Shown: positions 19,662-28,464 of the stretch, one piece after another
How positions within the stretch are numbered: position 1 is the stretch's first letter
Layout: every line of letters begins with the position of its first letter
DNA from: Pseudomonadales bacterium
GTDB lineage: Bacteria > Pseudomonadota > Gammaproteobacteria > Pseudomonadales > Azotimanducaceae
Reading direction: 5' to 3'
Length of the DNA: 64,000 nt
NCBI GenBank assembly: GCA_028283025.1
Contig: JAPYNO010000045.1
Coordinates: forward strand, 13,895-77,894
Program-made: the position numbers and the translations under genes
Notes under the pieces: model-generated
The model's input: only the letters and a program-made list of their open reading frames with translations
What the model was told of the DNA's origin: nothing
Database searches by the model: none

Positions 19662-20741
19662 TTACAGCGCCTCTTGCAGCACTCCAGCCGAGACAATCGT
19701 GCCATCAACCGACAGGGTTACTTCGCCATCAAACGCTTCATGCACGCCGTCAAGAAAGATGTTCTCGAATGCCTTGAATGGCAGTGGCGGCACGATGTGG
19801 TAGTAAACGAGGTGCTTGACGCCTGCTTCGGCGGCTGATTCAGCAGCTTCGAGCGGCGTTGCGTGATAACTCGGCACATCGGCCATGATCTTGGCAGCTG
19901 AGTCATTGCCAGCGGCTTTCAGCGCCGCGCCCGTGCGCGCCGTCAGATCGCTCGACAAGGCTTCGTGAACGAGCAGATCCGCGCCTTTGGCGTGCGCAAT
20001 GAGATTGTCGGACTTTGACGTGTCGCCACTGACTACAAGCGATAGAGCGCCATAATCGAACCGATAGCCAACGGATTGATCGACGGGATCATGCGAGACT
20101 TTGAACGCGGTGATCTTCACTGGCGGCTGATCGTCGGTTTCAAGTACAAGCCATGTCTCTCCATCTTCGGGCAATTCAAACGGCATTGCGAGCAGACCGC
20201 TACCTGCGCTCGGCGCAACCCTCTCGCCATGGTGTGCTGTGCGATAGCCGAAATCAGCAGCGTAGGCGAGATTGAATCCGGCGACGATATCCGAGATCAC
20301 CGGCGGGCCGTAGACGGGCAGCGGCGTGGTGTGATTGCCGCCGACCCAGCGCTGTATGCCGAGTTCTCCGAGCCCGTCAATATGATCCGAGTGCGCATGG
20401 GTGAGCATCGCCGCCTCAATGCGGCCGGGCACTGCGCCAAAGCGCATCATGTTGCGCACCCCATTTGTGCCGGCATCCACGACAAAGAGGCGCTTGCCCG
20501 CTTGCACTGCAAGGCAGGGGCCTGATCGGTTCGTGTCGACGAGCGGGCCGCCTGCGCCGCAGACGAGCACATGCAAGCCGTCTGGGCGGTCGCCGAGCAC
20601 ATCTTGGGCAAAGCGGCTGGTCACTGTGCGGTCGAGCATCATCAAGGCGAATGGCTTGCTGCGCGTGATCGACAGCACTACGAGCACCACAATGACAGCA
20701 ATGCCGAGGCGCATCAGCCACTTGAGAAGGCTCGGGTTCAT
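19662..20741 (-). CDS. MBL-fold metallo-hydrolase with N-terminal membrane anchor
   Basis: ORF 19662..20819, trimmed to MNPSLLKWLMRLGIAVIVVLVVL. Metal motif THAHSDHIDG. Its stop abuts the start of the next gene (19661/19662). Confidence 0.75.
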   Translation of the reverse strand: MNPSLLKWLMRLGIAVIVVLVVLSITRSKPFALMMLDRTVTSRFAQDVLGDRPDGLHVLVCGAGGPLVDTNRSGPCLAVQAGKRLFVVDAGTNGVRNMMRFGAVPGRIEAAMLTHAHSDHIDGLGELGIQRWVGGNHTTPLPVYGPPVISDIVAGFNLAYAADFGYRTAHHGERVAPSAGSGLLAMPFELPEDGETWLVLETDDQPPVKITAFKVSHDPVDQSVGYRFDYGALSLVVSGDTSKSDNLIAHAKGADLLVHEALSSDLTARTGAALKAAGNDSAAKIMADVPSYHATPLEAAESAAEAGVKHLVYYHIVPPLPFKAFENIFLDGVHEAFDGEVTLSVDGTIVSAGVLQEAL

Positions 20742-20773
20742 GCTGTGTCCATGTGTCTCCGGCAGCGCGTATT

Positions 20774-21991
20774 CTATGCGAAGCGCGAGCGCAGATTCGC
20801 CATGCAAATGAGCACGCACAACAGCGTGCAGAACGCGGCGAGCGCAAAAGACACGCCGGGGAAGTAGATTGGCGCTGCGGGGGAAGTGTAGTAGCCAAAT
20901 AGCTGAGTCATGACAGGCGGCGCAAGAATCGCACCGAGTCCCATGATGCTCGCGATAGCGCCTTGTAGTTCGCCTTGTCTGTCCGGCGCGACCTGCTTCG
21001 TCATGTGGCTGCGAAGCGTGACCGAGCCAATGGCGCCGAGGGAGAAGAGTACAATCGACAGAATCAACTGCCAGCCTTGCGTGGAAAAGGCAAATCCGAG
21101 AAAACCCAAGGTTTGAAACGCATAGCCAACCGGAATAGCTGAGCGCTCGCTGAGCAGCTTGATCGCAGGCGTCACTAGCAGGCTGTTGGCAACTGCGATC
21201 ATGACGCCGGTGAATGCAACCGACAAACCCACTTGAAACTCGCTCCAGCCAAACCGTTCAATCGTGAAGAAGCTCCACACGCTCGGATTTGAGTCGTGTG
21301 CGACCTGATAGAAGAAGTAGGCTGCGAGCAGACCGAGGACAGCGGAGCCGCGCAGATGAAAAAGCACGCCGATGGTGTTGGCGCGCAGCAATGAGAAAGG
21401 TCGCCTGTTGTGCTTGCCAAGGCTTTCCGGTAGCACAAGGTAGCCGTAGACGAAATTCAGCAAGCACACGGCGCTCGCGACATAGAAGGGCACGCGGGGG
21501 CCAAACTCCCCAAGCAAGCCGCCGACCGCAGGGCCGAAGATAAAGCCGACGCCCCAGGCCGCGGACAGATAGCCAATATATTTGGCGCGCATCGATTCGC
21601 TTGTCGTGTCGGCAAGGTAGGCGGTGAGTGTGCTGTAAGTTGCGCCGCACATGCCGGCGATGGCGCGGGCAATGAACAGCCAGGCGAGTGTTGGCGCGAG
21701 CGCCATGGCGAGGTAGTCAAGCGAAAAAGCTAAGAGTGATACGAGCAGCACGGGCCGTCGGCCGAACCGATCGCTCAAGCTGCCTAACACCGGCGCGATG
21801 AGAAACTGAATGCCCGCATAGAGCATCAGCAGCCAGCCACCATACTCGGCGGCGGTGCCAATATCCGCACTGGTGAGTTCCACCAAGAGCGCTGGCAGCA
21901 CGGGTACGATGATGCCGAGCCCGACCGAATCGAGCCCCGCAGTGATCAGCACGAAGTTCTTGGCCTGTGCGTTGCTTGCGAGCGGCTTCAT
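20774..21991 (-). CDS. MFS transporter, TCR/TetA-like
   Basis: ORF 20774..22081, trimmed to MKPLASNAQ (21991). Motif GSLSDRFGRRPVLL. ATGA overlap with the upstream acyltransferase stop. Confidence 0.75.
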   Translation of the reverse strand: MKPLASNAQAKNFVLITAGLDSVGLGIIVPVLPALLVELTSADIGTAAEYGGWLLMLYAGIQFLIAPVLGSLSDRFGRRPVLLVSLLAFSLDYLAMALAPTLAWLFIARAIAGMCGATYSTLTAYLADTTSESMRAKYIGYLSAAWGVGFIFGPAVGGLLGEFGPRVPFYVASAVCLLNFVYGYLVLPESLGKHNRRPFSLLRANTIGVLFHLRGSAVLGLLAAYFFYQVAHDSNPSVWSFFTIERFGWSEFQVGLSVAFTGVMIAVANSLLVTPAIKLLSERSAIPVGYAFQTLGFLGFAFSTQGWQLILSIVLFSLGAIGSVTLRSHMTKQVAPDRQGELQGAIASIMGLGAILAPPVMTQLFGYYTSPAAPIYFPGVSFALAAFCTLLCVLICMANLRSRFA

Positions 21992-22950
21992 GGGCTCGCA
22001 CGTCCTTTGGTTCTTGGATAGAGGTGACGCTCCCAACGGCGCGTCGTCATCAGCCAGCTTGTCGGCGATGCCCGCACCCAATCTTCGACCTGTCTAAGTA
22101 AGCGCTCGGAAAGCTCTCGCAACTTTGCTGTTTCATCGCCTACGAGCCCTTCAGTGGAAACTGGTTCATGGATGGTCGCGCGCAGCTTGCCGTCGGCGAG
22201 CCGTTCGCACTGGTAGGGAATGAGGTCGCATCCATAGCGTAGTGCGAGGCGCGCAGGCGTCGCCGAAACCTGCATGTCGTGGCCAAAAAACGGTACTTTG
22301 AGGCCGCCGTCAATACGCACATCGATCATGGTGCCGACACTGCCGCCATCGCGAACATGGCGAATGACGGGCTTCAAGGACGCATCTCGGTTGTGCATGA
22401 GGCAACCTGTTTCAGCGCGGATGCCAGTGAGCAAGCGCGCAAGATGTGGATTTTGCAGCGGGGCATAGAAGGCAAGCGCAGGGATGCGCTCAAGCGTGAA
22501 CACCAGCAGTAGCAGCTCCCAATTAGCGATATGCGCGCTCACAAACACGCCAGCGCGTTTTCTTTGACGATAGGGGTCAAGATCGCACTTCGATTCGACT
22601 TGCAGATACTCGTGAGGCGAGCAGACGATCGAGGGAAACTGCGTCAACTCACCGAAGAGCGCGCCGACTTCGCGCCATGCGTCGCTCGCGATGCGCGTGC
22701 GCATCGCTTGCTCTTGGTGCGGGCACACGATGTCGATGTTATCGAGCACCAACTTATGCTTGGGCGAGACCGGGCCGAGCCAGGCGAGCAGCGCTTTGCA
22801 GATGCGCAAGGCGCGTTCGATGCGAAGGCGCGAGAAGATATGGAGCATGCCTGCCAGCATCGAAGCCTCGATGCGCCACAGCAGATTCTGTACCCAGCCG
22901 AGTCGCCGTGCATACTCTTCAAGCTTGTTGGTGAAAAGCAGCCTCGCCAT
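21988..22950 (-). CDS. Lipid A biosynthesis (LpxL/HtrB-type) lauroyl/lysophospholipid acyltransferase, paralog 1
   Basis: 320 aa. The AHIANWEL (H-box) and overall layout fit the LpxL family. The C-terminus reads WLMTTRRW. Confidence 0.65.
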   Translation of the reverse strand: MARLLFTNKLEEYARRLGWVQNLLWRIEASMLAGMLHIFSRLRIERALRICKALLAWLGPVSPKHKLVLDNIDIVCPHQEQAMRTRIASDAWREVGALFGELTQFPSIVCSPHEYLQVESKCDLDPYRQRKRAGVFVSAHIANWELLLLVFTLERIPALAFYAPLQNPHLARLLTGIRAETGCLMHNRDASLKPVIRHVRDGGSVGTMIDVRIDGGLKVPFFGHDMQVSATPARLALRYGCDLIPYQCERLADGKLRATIHEPVSTEGLVGDETAKLRELSERLLRQVEDWVRASPTSWLMTTRRWERHLYPRTKGRASP

Positions 22951-22957
22951 ATGCGTA

Positions 22958-23884
22958 TCAGGTGTCCCGTGGCCAGCGCCTTGAAAAGCACAGCCATTCG
23001 TTTGGCGTCTCGCGAATCCATCCCTCGAAAAGACTGAGTAGCTGCTCAGTCATATCGCACGCCTGCGCCGATGCCGTGCCTTGCACTCGTGGTGTGACGG
23101 GCGCAAGCAGTGAGATGCGGAAACGGGTGCGTGAAAGGCGCTCGGCGCGCACTGGTATCAATTCGCAATCGCGTCCGAGCGCAAGGCGCGCAGCGGCGGT
23201 GTTACTCGGCGTATTGACGCCAAAGAACGGCAGGGACGGCCCCGAATCGAGGCGGGTGTCCGCAGCGATGCCGACAAGATGGCCTTGCGAGAGTTCGCGC
23301 AACAGATGGCGCATGCTTGCATCGCGCGGCAGGAGCTTGACCGGCAGCGCTTCGCGGTAGTGACGAATACGACCCCTGATGCGGGCGTTGGATTCAGGCG
23401 CGTAAATGATGGTCATTGGCAGATCGTACTTAGAGGCGAGGAAGCTTGCGAGTTGCCAAGGGCCGACGTGCGCGGTGACAATCACCGCTGGTGTGTTCTT
23501 GTCGCGAAGCGCGCGGATGCTTGGGTCGGCGACGAACTCAAGATGTTTTGTGCGCCGCTTCCAGATGCGCTCGACATGCGCGAGCTCTGCGATTGAGCGC
23601 CCGAGGTTGCCGAAGATGCCCTTGACCAGCCGTGCTCGTTCAGATGAGGTCAATTCTGGGAAAGCAATGTCCACATTGCGTAGTGCGCGCTTGCGCTGCT
23701 TTCCGGTGCGCGGCCCCCAAGCGGCGAACACGCGCTCTGCGACCCAGCTCGCAAGACCGAGAGGCAAGGTCTCAAACAAGCGAAAGAGCACGGCAAAAAG
23801 GGCGCCTTCGAGCCGCTGCACCATACGAGCAAGGCGAGGTCGGGTGCTGAGCAGGCGCGTAGGCAGAAAATATAATCGTGGCAT
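22958..23884 (-). CDS. Lipid A biosynthesis (LpxL/HtrB-type) acyltransferase, paralog 2
   Basis: 308 aa. AHVGPWQL (H-box) and C-terminal EWLCFSRRW. It sits in tandem with paralog 1 across a 7-nt gap. Confidence 0.65.
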   Translation of the reverse strand: MPRLYFLPTRLLSTRPRLARMVQRLEGALFAVLFRLFETLPLGLASWVAERVFAAWGPRTGKQRKRALRNVDIAFPELTSSERARLVKGIFGNLGRSIAELAHVERIWKRRTKHLEFVADPSIRALRDKNTPAVIVTAHVGPWQLASFLASKYDLPMTIIYAPESNARIRGRIRHYREALPVKLLPRDASMRHLLRELSQGHLVGIAADTRLDSGPSLPFFGVNTPSNTAAARLALGRDCELIPVRAERLSRTRFRISLLAPVTPRVQGTASAQACDMTEQLLSLFEGWIRETPNEWLCFSRRWPRDT

Positions 23885-24025
23885 GGATTCATTGTGTCAT
23901 ACAGACTTGACGGCTGGGGAGGCTGGCTACACCAAGGCCGAATGAAGCTGTTCTCTATCGCGGCGTGCTTCTTGAGCCAATCTGTTAGGCTGCGCGCTCG
24001 AATATAACTTGCAGGGATTCGGGGT

Positions 24026-25606
24026 ATGCGCTATGAGACGCGCGTAGGCGGCACTTATGCGAAGTATGTGCTGTTTGTCATGACCATCGTGTATGTCTTC
24101 AATTTCATTGACCGACAGATACTTTCCATCCTTGCTGAGCCCATCAAAGCCGATCTTGGCCTTTCCGATGCCGATCTCGGATTCTTGTTTGGCACTGCCT
24201 TCGCCGTCTTCTACGCCGTGTTCGGCATTCCCTTGGGACGCCTTGCGGATACATGGAATCGCGCGCGCCTGATCTCGATCGGCTTGTCGTTCTGGAGCTT
24301 GATGACAGCGCTTTCTGGCTTCTCGCGCAATTTCGTGCAGCTCGCCATTTGCCGCTTCGGTGTCGGTGTGGGCGAGGCGAGCGCAAGCCCCGCGACCTTC
24401 TCGATGCTCTCGGACTATTTTCCGCCGCGCGTTCGAGCGATTGTCATTGCCATTTATTCAGGCGGTCTGTACATCGGCGCTGGCATCGGTGTGTTTCTTG
24501 GCGGCGCTATCACCGACACATGGAATGCTGCGTATCCCGATCCTATGCTCGCACCGCTTGGTCTCAAAGGCTGGCAGGCGGCATTCTTGGCGGTCGGGAT
24601 TCCGGGCATACTGCTGGCCTTCTGGGTGTGGACGCTGCGCGAGCCTGTGCGTGGCATGAGCGAAGGGCTTGAGCCGCCTCCGGCAAAGAGTCCCGTCAGG
24701 GAAACCTTGAGCGAGCTACTGCGCGTCACACCCCTTGTTTCAGCCATCCCCAACGGCCGCCGCGCACTTTTGATCAATTTCATCGCTGGTGCTGTGATCA
24801 GTCTGACAGTCTTTCTGCTTTATCTAGTCACTGGCGACATGGTGCAGTGGGTCGCCATGGGCGTCGGCATTTGGGCGTTCTTTTCCTGGGCGCAGAGCCT
24901 GCTCGTGCAGGACCCGGTGAGTTTCGCGCTGATACTGCGTTCGCGCGCGCTCATCTACACCGTGATTGGTTTTCCGATGCTTTCGTTCGTGACCTATGGC
25001 GTGGGCTTTTGGGGGCCTGCGTATATGGTTCGCACCTTCGGGGTCAGCCTCACTGAGGCCGGGCAATGGCTCGGCTTAGGCGGCGCGATCGGCGGTTTCA
25101 TTGGCATCACGCTCGGCGGCTGGCTCGGCGATACCTTCCGCGCCCGCACGTGCAAAGGTAGGATGTACGTGGGGTATATCTCCATTGCCTTCATGATTCC
25201 TTGCGCAGCGGTGTTTGCCTATACGGAGAGCGCCGTCATTGCGTATGTGGCGTCGTTCTTTTTCTCCCTGGTTTCGCCGCTGTGGGTTGCCATTCCACCA
25301 GCGACCGTGAACGATCTTGTGTTGCCAAGAATGCGGGCGCTCGCAAGCGCGTTCTACATTGTCATGCCGACCTTCATCGGCCTTGCGCTCGGTCCTTACA
25401 TGATGGGATTCATCAGCGATCAGTTCGTGCAAAGCGGACTCGATGATGCCGACTCGCTACGGCTGTCGATGGTCTTAGGTCTCTCAATGCTGGTGCCGGG
25501 GGTTGTGCTGATCTACTTGGCGTCGCGGCATCTCGAAGCAGACGAGGATTCGCGCATCGAGCGTGCGCGCGCAGCCGGGGAGGTTGTGACCCTTGCGGAA
25601 ACCTAG
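24026..25606 (+). CDS. MFS transporter (spinster-like, 526 aa)
   Basis: N-terminus FNFIDRQILSILAEPIKADLGLSDADLGFL, loop GRLADTWNR, and 12 or more predicted TM stretches. Confidence 0.75.
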   Translation: MRYETRVGGTYAKYVLFVMTIVYVFNFIDRQILSILAEPIKADLGLSDADLGFLFGTAFAVFYAVFGIPLGRLADTWNRARLISIGLSFWSLMTALSGFSRNFVQLAICRFGVGVGEASASPATFSMLSDYFPPRVRAIVIAIYSGGLYIGAGIGVFLGGAITDTWNAAYPDPMLAPLGLKGWQAAFLAVGIPGILLAFWVWTLREPVRGMSEGLEPPPAKSPVRETLSELLRVTPLVSAIPNGRRALLINFIAGAVISLTVFLLYLVTGDMVQWVAMGVGIWAFFSWAQSLLVQDPVSFALILRSRALIYTVIGFPMLSFVTYGVGFWGPAYMVRTFGVSLTEAGQWLGLGGAIGGFIGITLGGWLGDTFRARTCKGRMYVGYISIAFMIPCAAVFAYTESAVIAYVASFFFSLVSPLWVAIPPATVNDLVLPRMRALASAFYIVMPTFIGLALGPYMMGFISDQFVQSGLDDADSLRLSMVLGLSMLVPGVVLIYLASRHLEADEDSRIERARAAGEVVTLAET

Positions 25607-25616
25607 GGAAGTTCCT

Positions 25617-26816
25617 TCAATCCCGGCGCAGCGCCGGGTCGATTGCAATCGGGCTCGGAAAGCGCCGCACGACAAGATAGGTTGACACGCACAGCGATGC
25701 GACTGTTGCGCTGGTGAGAATCAAAGATGCGGACTCGGACACAAGGGCCGTGCCAGCCGCGAGGTGCACAACGAGCAATGAAAACTCGCCGCACTGACCA
25801 AGCCTGAAGCCGATCTCACGCGACACTGCAGGCTTTTCGCTGGTGAGTTGCAGGAGCAAGCGAAACACGAGTGGCTTGAGTGCGACGAAAATGAGCACAA
25901 GGGCGATGATTGGGAAGATGTGCCCAACCAGTCCAAAGAGATCGATATCGCTGCCGATTGAGAAGAAGAACAGCACAAGGAAGAAGTCGCGGATGGGTCT
26001 GAAGCGCTCGGCTTCAACCTGCGCGACGCGCAGATTTGCGAGCGAAATGCCTGCGATGAACGCGCCGATTTCGGGCGTCAGCCCGATCACTGCGGCAAGG
26101 AAGGCGATGAGGAAGCACCAGCCAATGCCAATCAAATCGATGACTTCAGAAATGGCGCCGAACTTGAGGAATAGCGGCTTGATCAGGCGATCAACGCCAA
26201 CAAAAGCGAGCAAGCCGAGAATCGGCGCGGTCACGCCAGCGAGCCCAAGCCTGAGCGCAAGGCTGCTGCCGCCGTCCGAGCCTTCGCTCACCACGAAGCT
26301 GCCAATAACGATCAGCGCTACGATGGCGATCAGGTCTTGGATGAGGAGCTGGCCGATGACGATATCACCGATGTGCCGGTGATGCAGGACGTTAGTCGGT
26401 AGCAGCTTCAAGCCAATAAGCGTGCTTGAAAACCCGCTCGCGATGCCAACGACAATCGCTTCGCTGATGCCGAAGCCGAAGGCGGCCATAACGAGGAAGC
26501 CGAGCGCGAAGAAGATCACTGTGCTCAAGACCGCAACCATGACCGTACTGCCGAACATGCGCCTCAAGCGGTTGGGAGGCAGGTCGAGGCCGACGATGAA
26601 GAGCAGGAACATAATGCCGAACTCGCCGATCTCCTGAAGCAATTCGGCGTTCGCAACGATGCCAAGGCCGTGCGGGCCGATGACCATGCCGAGCAGGATG
26701 TACACGATGAGCAGCGGCTGCCGCGCATAGAGCGACAGCGCGCCCAAAAGCGCGGCGCCAATGAAGACGATGGCGATTGAGGTCGCCGCGCCTTCGCTCA
26801 TCAGTTCTTCGAGCAT
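25617..26816 (-). CDS. Cation:proton antiporter (CPA2/Kef-type membrane domain)
   Basis: 399 aa, highly hydrophobic. GPHGLGIV...EIGEFGIMFLLFIVGLDL is typical of Na+/H+ exchanger family proteins. Confidence 0.75.
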   Translation of the reverse strand: MLEELMSEGAATSIAIVFIGAALLGALSLYARQPLLIVYILLGMVIGPHGLGIVANAELLQEIGEFGIMFLLFIVGLDLPPNRLRRMFGSTVMVAVLSTVIFFALGFLVMAAFGFGISEAIVVGIASGFSSTLIGLKLLPTNVLHHRHIGDIVIGQLLIQDLIAIVALIVIGSFVVSEGSDGGSSLALRLGLAGVTAPILGLLAFVGVDRLIKPLFLKFGAISEVIDLIGIGWCFLIAFLAAVIGLTPEIGAFIAGISLANLRVAQVEAERFRPIRDFFLVLFFFSIGSDIDLFGLVGHIFPIIALVLIFVALKPLVFRLLLQLTSEKPAVSREIGFRLGQCGEFSLLVVHLAAGTALVSESASLILTSATVASLCVSTYLVVRRFPSPIAIDPALRRD

Positions 26817-26874
26817 GCTTTATGTCGAATAGCTGTCGAGGGATGATAACGCCAAGAATGCGTGAGGGGCGTCA

Positions 26875-27255
26875 TCACGCGAACGCGGTTGCCAAGGCGC
26901 GATCATACGTTTTGATCTGTGTGATGCCTCGTCTTTGGCAGGAAGCGAAATGGCATAAATCCCTCGCGGAAAGTGTTGGATGTTGAGTAGCAAGCGTTGC
27001 CGCAAGCGCAGCATCCTCATATTCAAGCGGCCAGACTGTGATACCTGCGTCTGCAATCATTTCCAATGCATGCCGCATCTCCTCAAGCCGATCTACGGGG
27101 CGGTAGAGGTGAAGTAATTCCTGAATCACTTCCGCTGATGTACACAGGTTCATGCTGGCAGTCCCATGCTCCTTGAAAAACACCCTCGCCTCTCCGCGTA
27201 GTGGATGAGGCGTGCCAATGGCGTAGGCAAACACGTTGGTATCAACGAATATCAT
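26875..27255 (-). CDS. vapC: PIN-domain toxin VapC
   Basis: ORF 26875..27333, trimmed to MIFVDTNVFAYAI. Acidic PIN residues are present (VDTN, AEVIQE, SARD, TYD). ATGA overlap with the antitoxin stop. Confidence 0.8.
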   Translation of the reverse strand: MIFVDTNVFAYAIGTPHPLRGEARVFFKEHGTASMNLCTSAEVIQELLHLYRPVDRLEEMRHALEMIADAGITVWPLEYEDAALAATLATQHPTLSARDLCHFASCQRRGITQIKTYDRALATAFA

Positions 27256-27530
27256 GTGGCGGCAACACCACTTAACTTCGATTCGAGAAGCAGCTTCTTC
27301 TGCTCCTCCCAGTCTGGCTCCTGGCCATGCCATGTGCGCTCTTCATCACATCGTCTGAAGAACTCGTCAAAGTCCTTAGGCGTTGCGAGGCGCCTTTGCG
27401 TGCGCTCATTGTTGATTTTCTCTTGAGCAGCCTCTCGCAGCCAGGCGCTGAGTGATTTGCCATCGCGCTTGGCGTGATACACATAGCGGGCTCTTTCTCC
27501 GTCCTTGAGCACCATTTGCACCCGTGCCAT
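27252..27530 (-). CDS. vapB: Ribbon-helix-helix (CopG-like) antitoxin, VapB
   Basis: ORF 27252..27575, trimmed to MARVQMVLKDGERARYVYHAKRDGKSLSAWLREAA, which looks like an RHH N-terminus. Confidence 0.7.
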   Translation of the reverse strand: MARVQMVLKDGERARYVYHAKRDGKSLSAWLREAAQEKINNERTQRRLATPKDFDEFFRRCDEERTWHGQEPDWEEQKKLLLESKLSGVAAT

Positions 27531-27688
27531 TCCGGTATATCTCCAAGTTGAGTGAGGTGTGTAGGTAGTATACATATGTGTATTGATACTGTGTAATAAC
27601 CGGGTTGTTCGCCCTGCGTCTTAAGAAGAGCAGGGGATGTCACAAAGGCGGATCAACTGGAGTTTGTATTTCCCTGCATGGCAGGTGC

Positions 27689-28315
27689 TCACTGATAATA
27701 CGCATTCTCAGTAAAGCTGTGATCCGTCACATCGCGAATCGCTTTGAGCTCCGGGACGGCGCGCAGCAGCGATTCTTCAACGCCGTGCTTTAAGGTGATG
27801 TCAACCGCTGCGCAGCCTTGGCAGCCGCCGCCGAACTGCAAGACTGCGGTGTTGTCTTCAACGACTTCCACAAGCGTGACCATGCCGCCATGCGCAGCGA
27901 GTCCGGGATTGATCTCGGTGTAGAGCACGTAGTTGATGCGATCCTCTAAAGGCGAATCGTCGGAGACCTTGGGCGCACGTGCATTGGGGGCGCGAATGGT
28001 CAATTGTCCGCCGAACTGATCTTCCCTGAAATCGACTTCGGCGTCTTCAAGAAAGGACTCGCTGCGCTTATCTATCCATGTGGTGAAGGGGCCGACATCA
28101 AACGGGATATCGCCATCTTCGGCTTCATCCGCACGACAATAGGCAATGCAGGTCTCGGCTTGCGGCGTACCGGGCTGCTGGACAAACACGCGAATGCCGA
28201 TTTCCCCTTTCTCATGGGGTTTTTCTTCGCTTGACTCGGATTCGCTGCGCCGTTTTTCTAAAAGTCCGACGAGATAGTCTTTGGCGGAGTCTGAGATGCT
28301 GAGGTACGCGCCCAT
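27689..28315 (-). CDS. nfuA: Fe/S biogenesis protein NfuA
   Basis: A-type N-terminal domain plus a C-terminal Nfu domain with [15 protein letters not shown]. Confidence 0.88.
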   Translation of the reverse strand: MGAYLSISDSAKDYLVGLLEKRRSESESSEEKPHEKGEIGIRVFVQQPGTPQAETCIAYCRADEAEDGDIPFDVGPFTTWIDKRSESFLEDAEVDFREDQFGGQLTIRAPNARAPKVSDDSPLEDRINYVLYTEINPGLAAHGGMVTLVEVVEDNTAVLQFGGGCQGCAAVDITLKHGVEESLLRAVPELKAIRDVTDHSFTENAYYQ

Positions 28316-28321
28316 TGTCCG

Positions 28322-28432
28322 CTACCCGATGATGCCCCCGGAGGCAAAGTGGATGGCCCCGGCCACAAGGCATAGCAGCAAAATCACCATGCCGAGGGCA
28401 TCAGCCTTAGCATCACTGGCTTTCGATTTCAT
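28322..28432 (-). CDS. Candidate 36-aa small membrane protein
   Basis: My own translation gives MKSKASDAKADALGMVILLLCLVAGAIHFASGGIIG*. GAGGAG lies about 7 nt upstream of the ATG. It sits between the DAHP synthase and nfuA on the same strand. It is below the length shown in the ORF track. Confidence 0.4.
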   Translation of the reverse strand: MKSKASDAKADALGMVILLLCLVAGAIHFASGGIIG

Positions 28433-28464
28433 GTCGGTCTCCTCATGAGAGTGCGCATTTTACA

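Noticed and set aside
25621-25637. Perfect hairpin CCCGGCG-CAG-CGCCGGG between the convergent MFS and antiporter genes
   Set aside because: It lies inside the last codons of the antiporter gene and has no U-tract on either strand, so I cannot call it a terminator.
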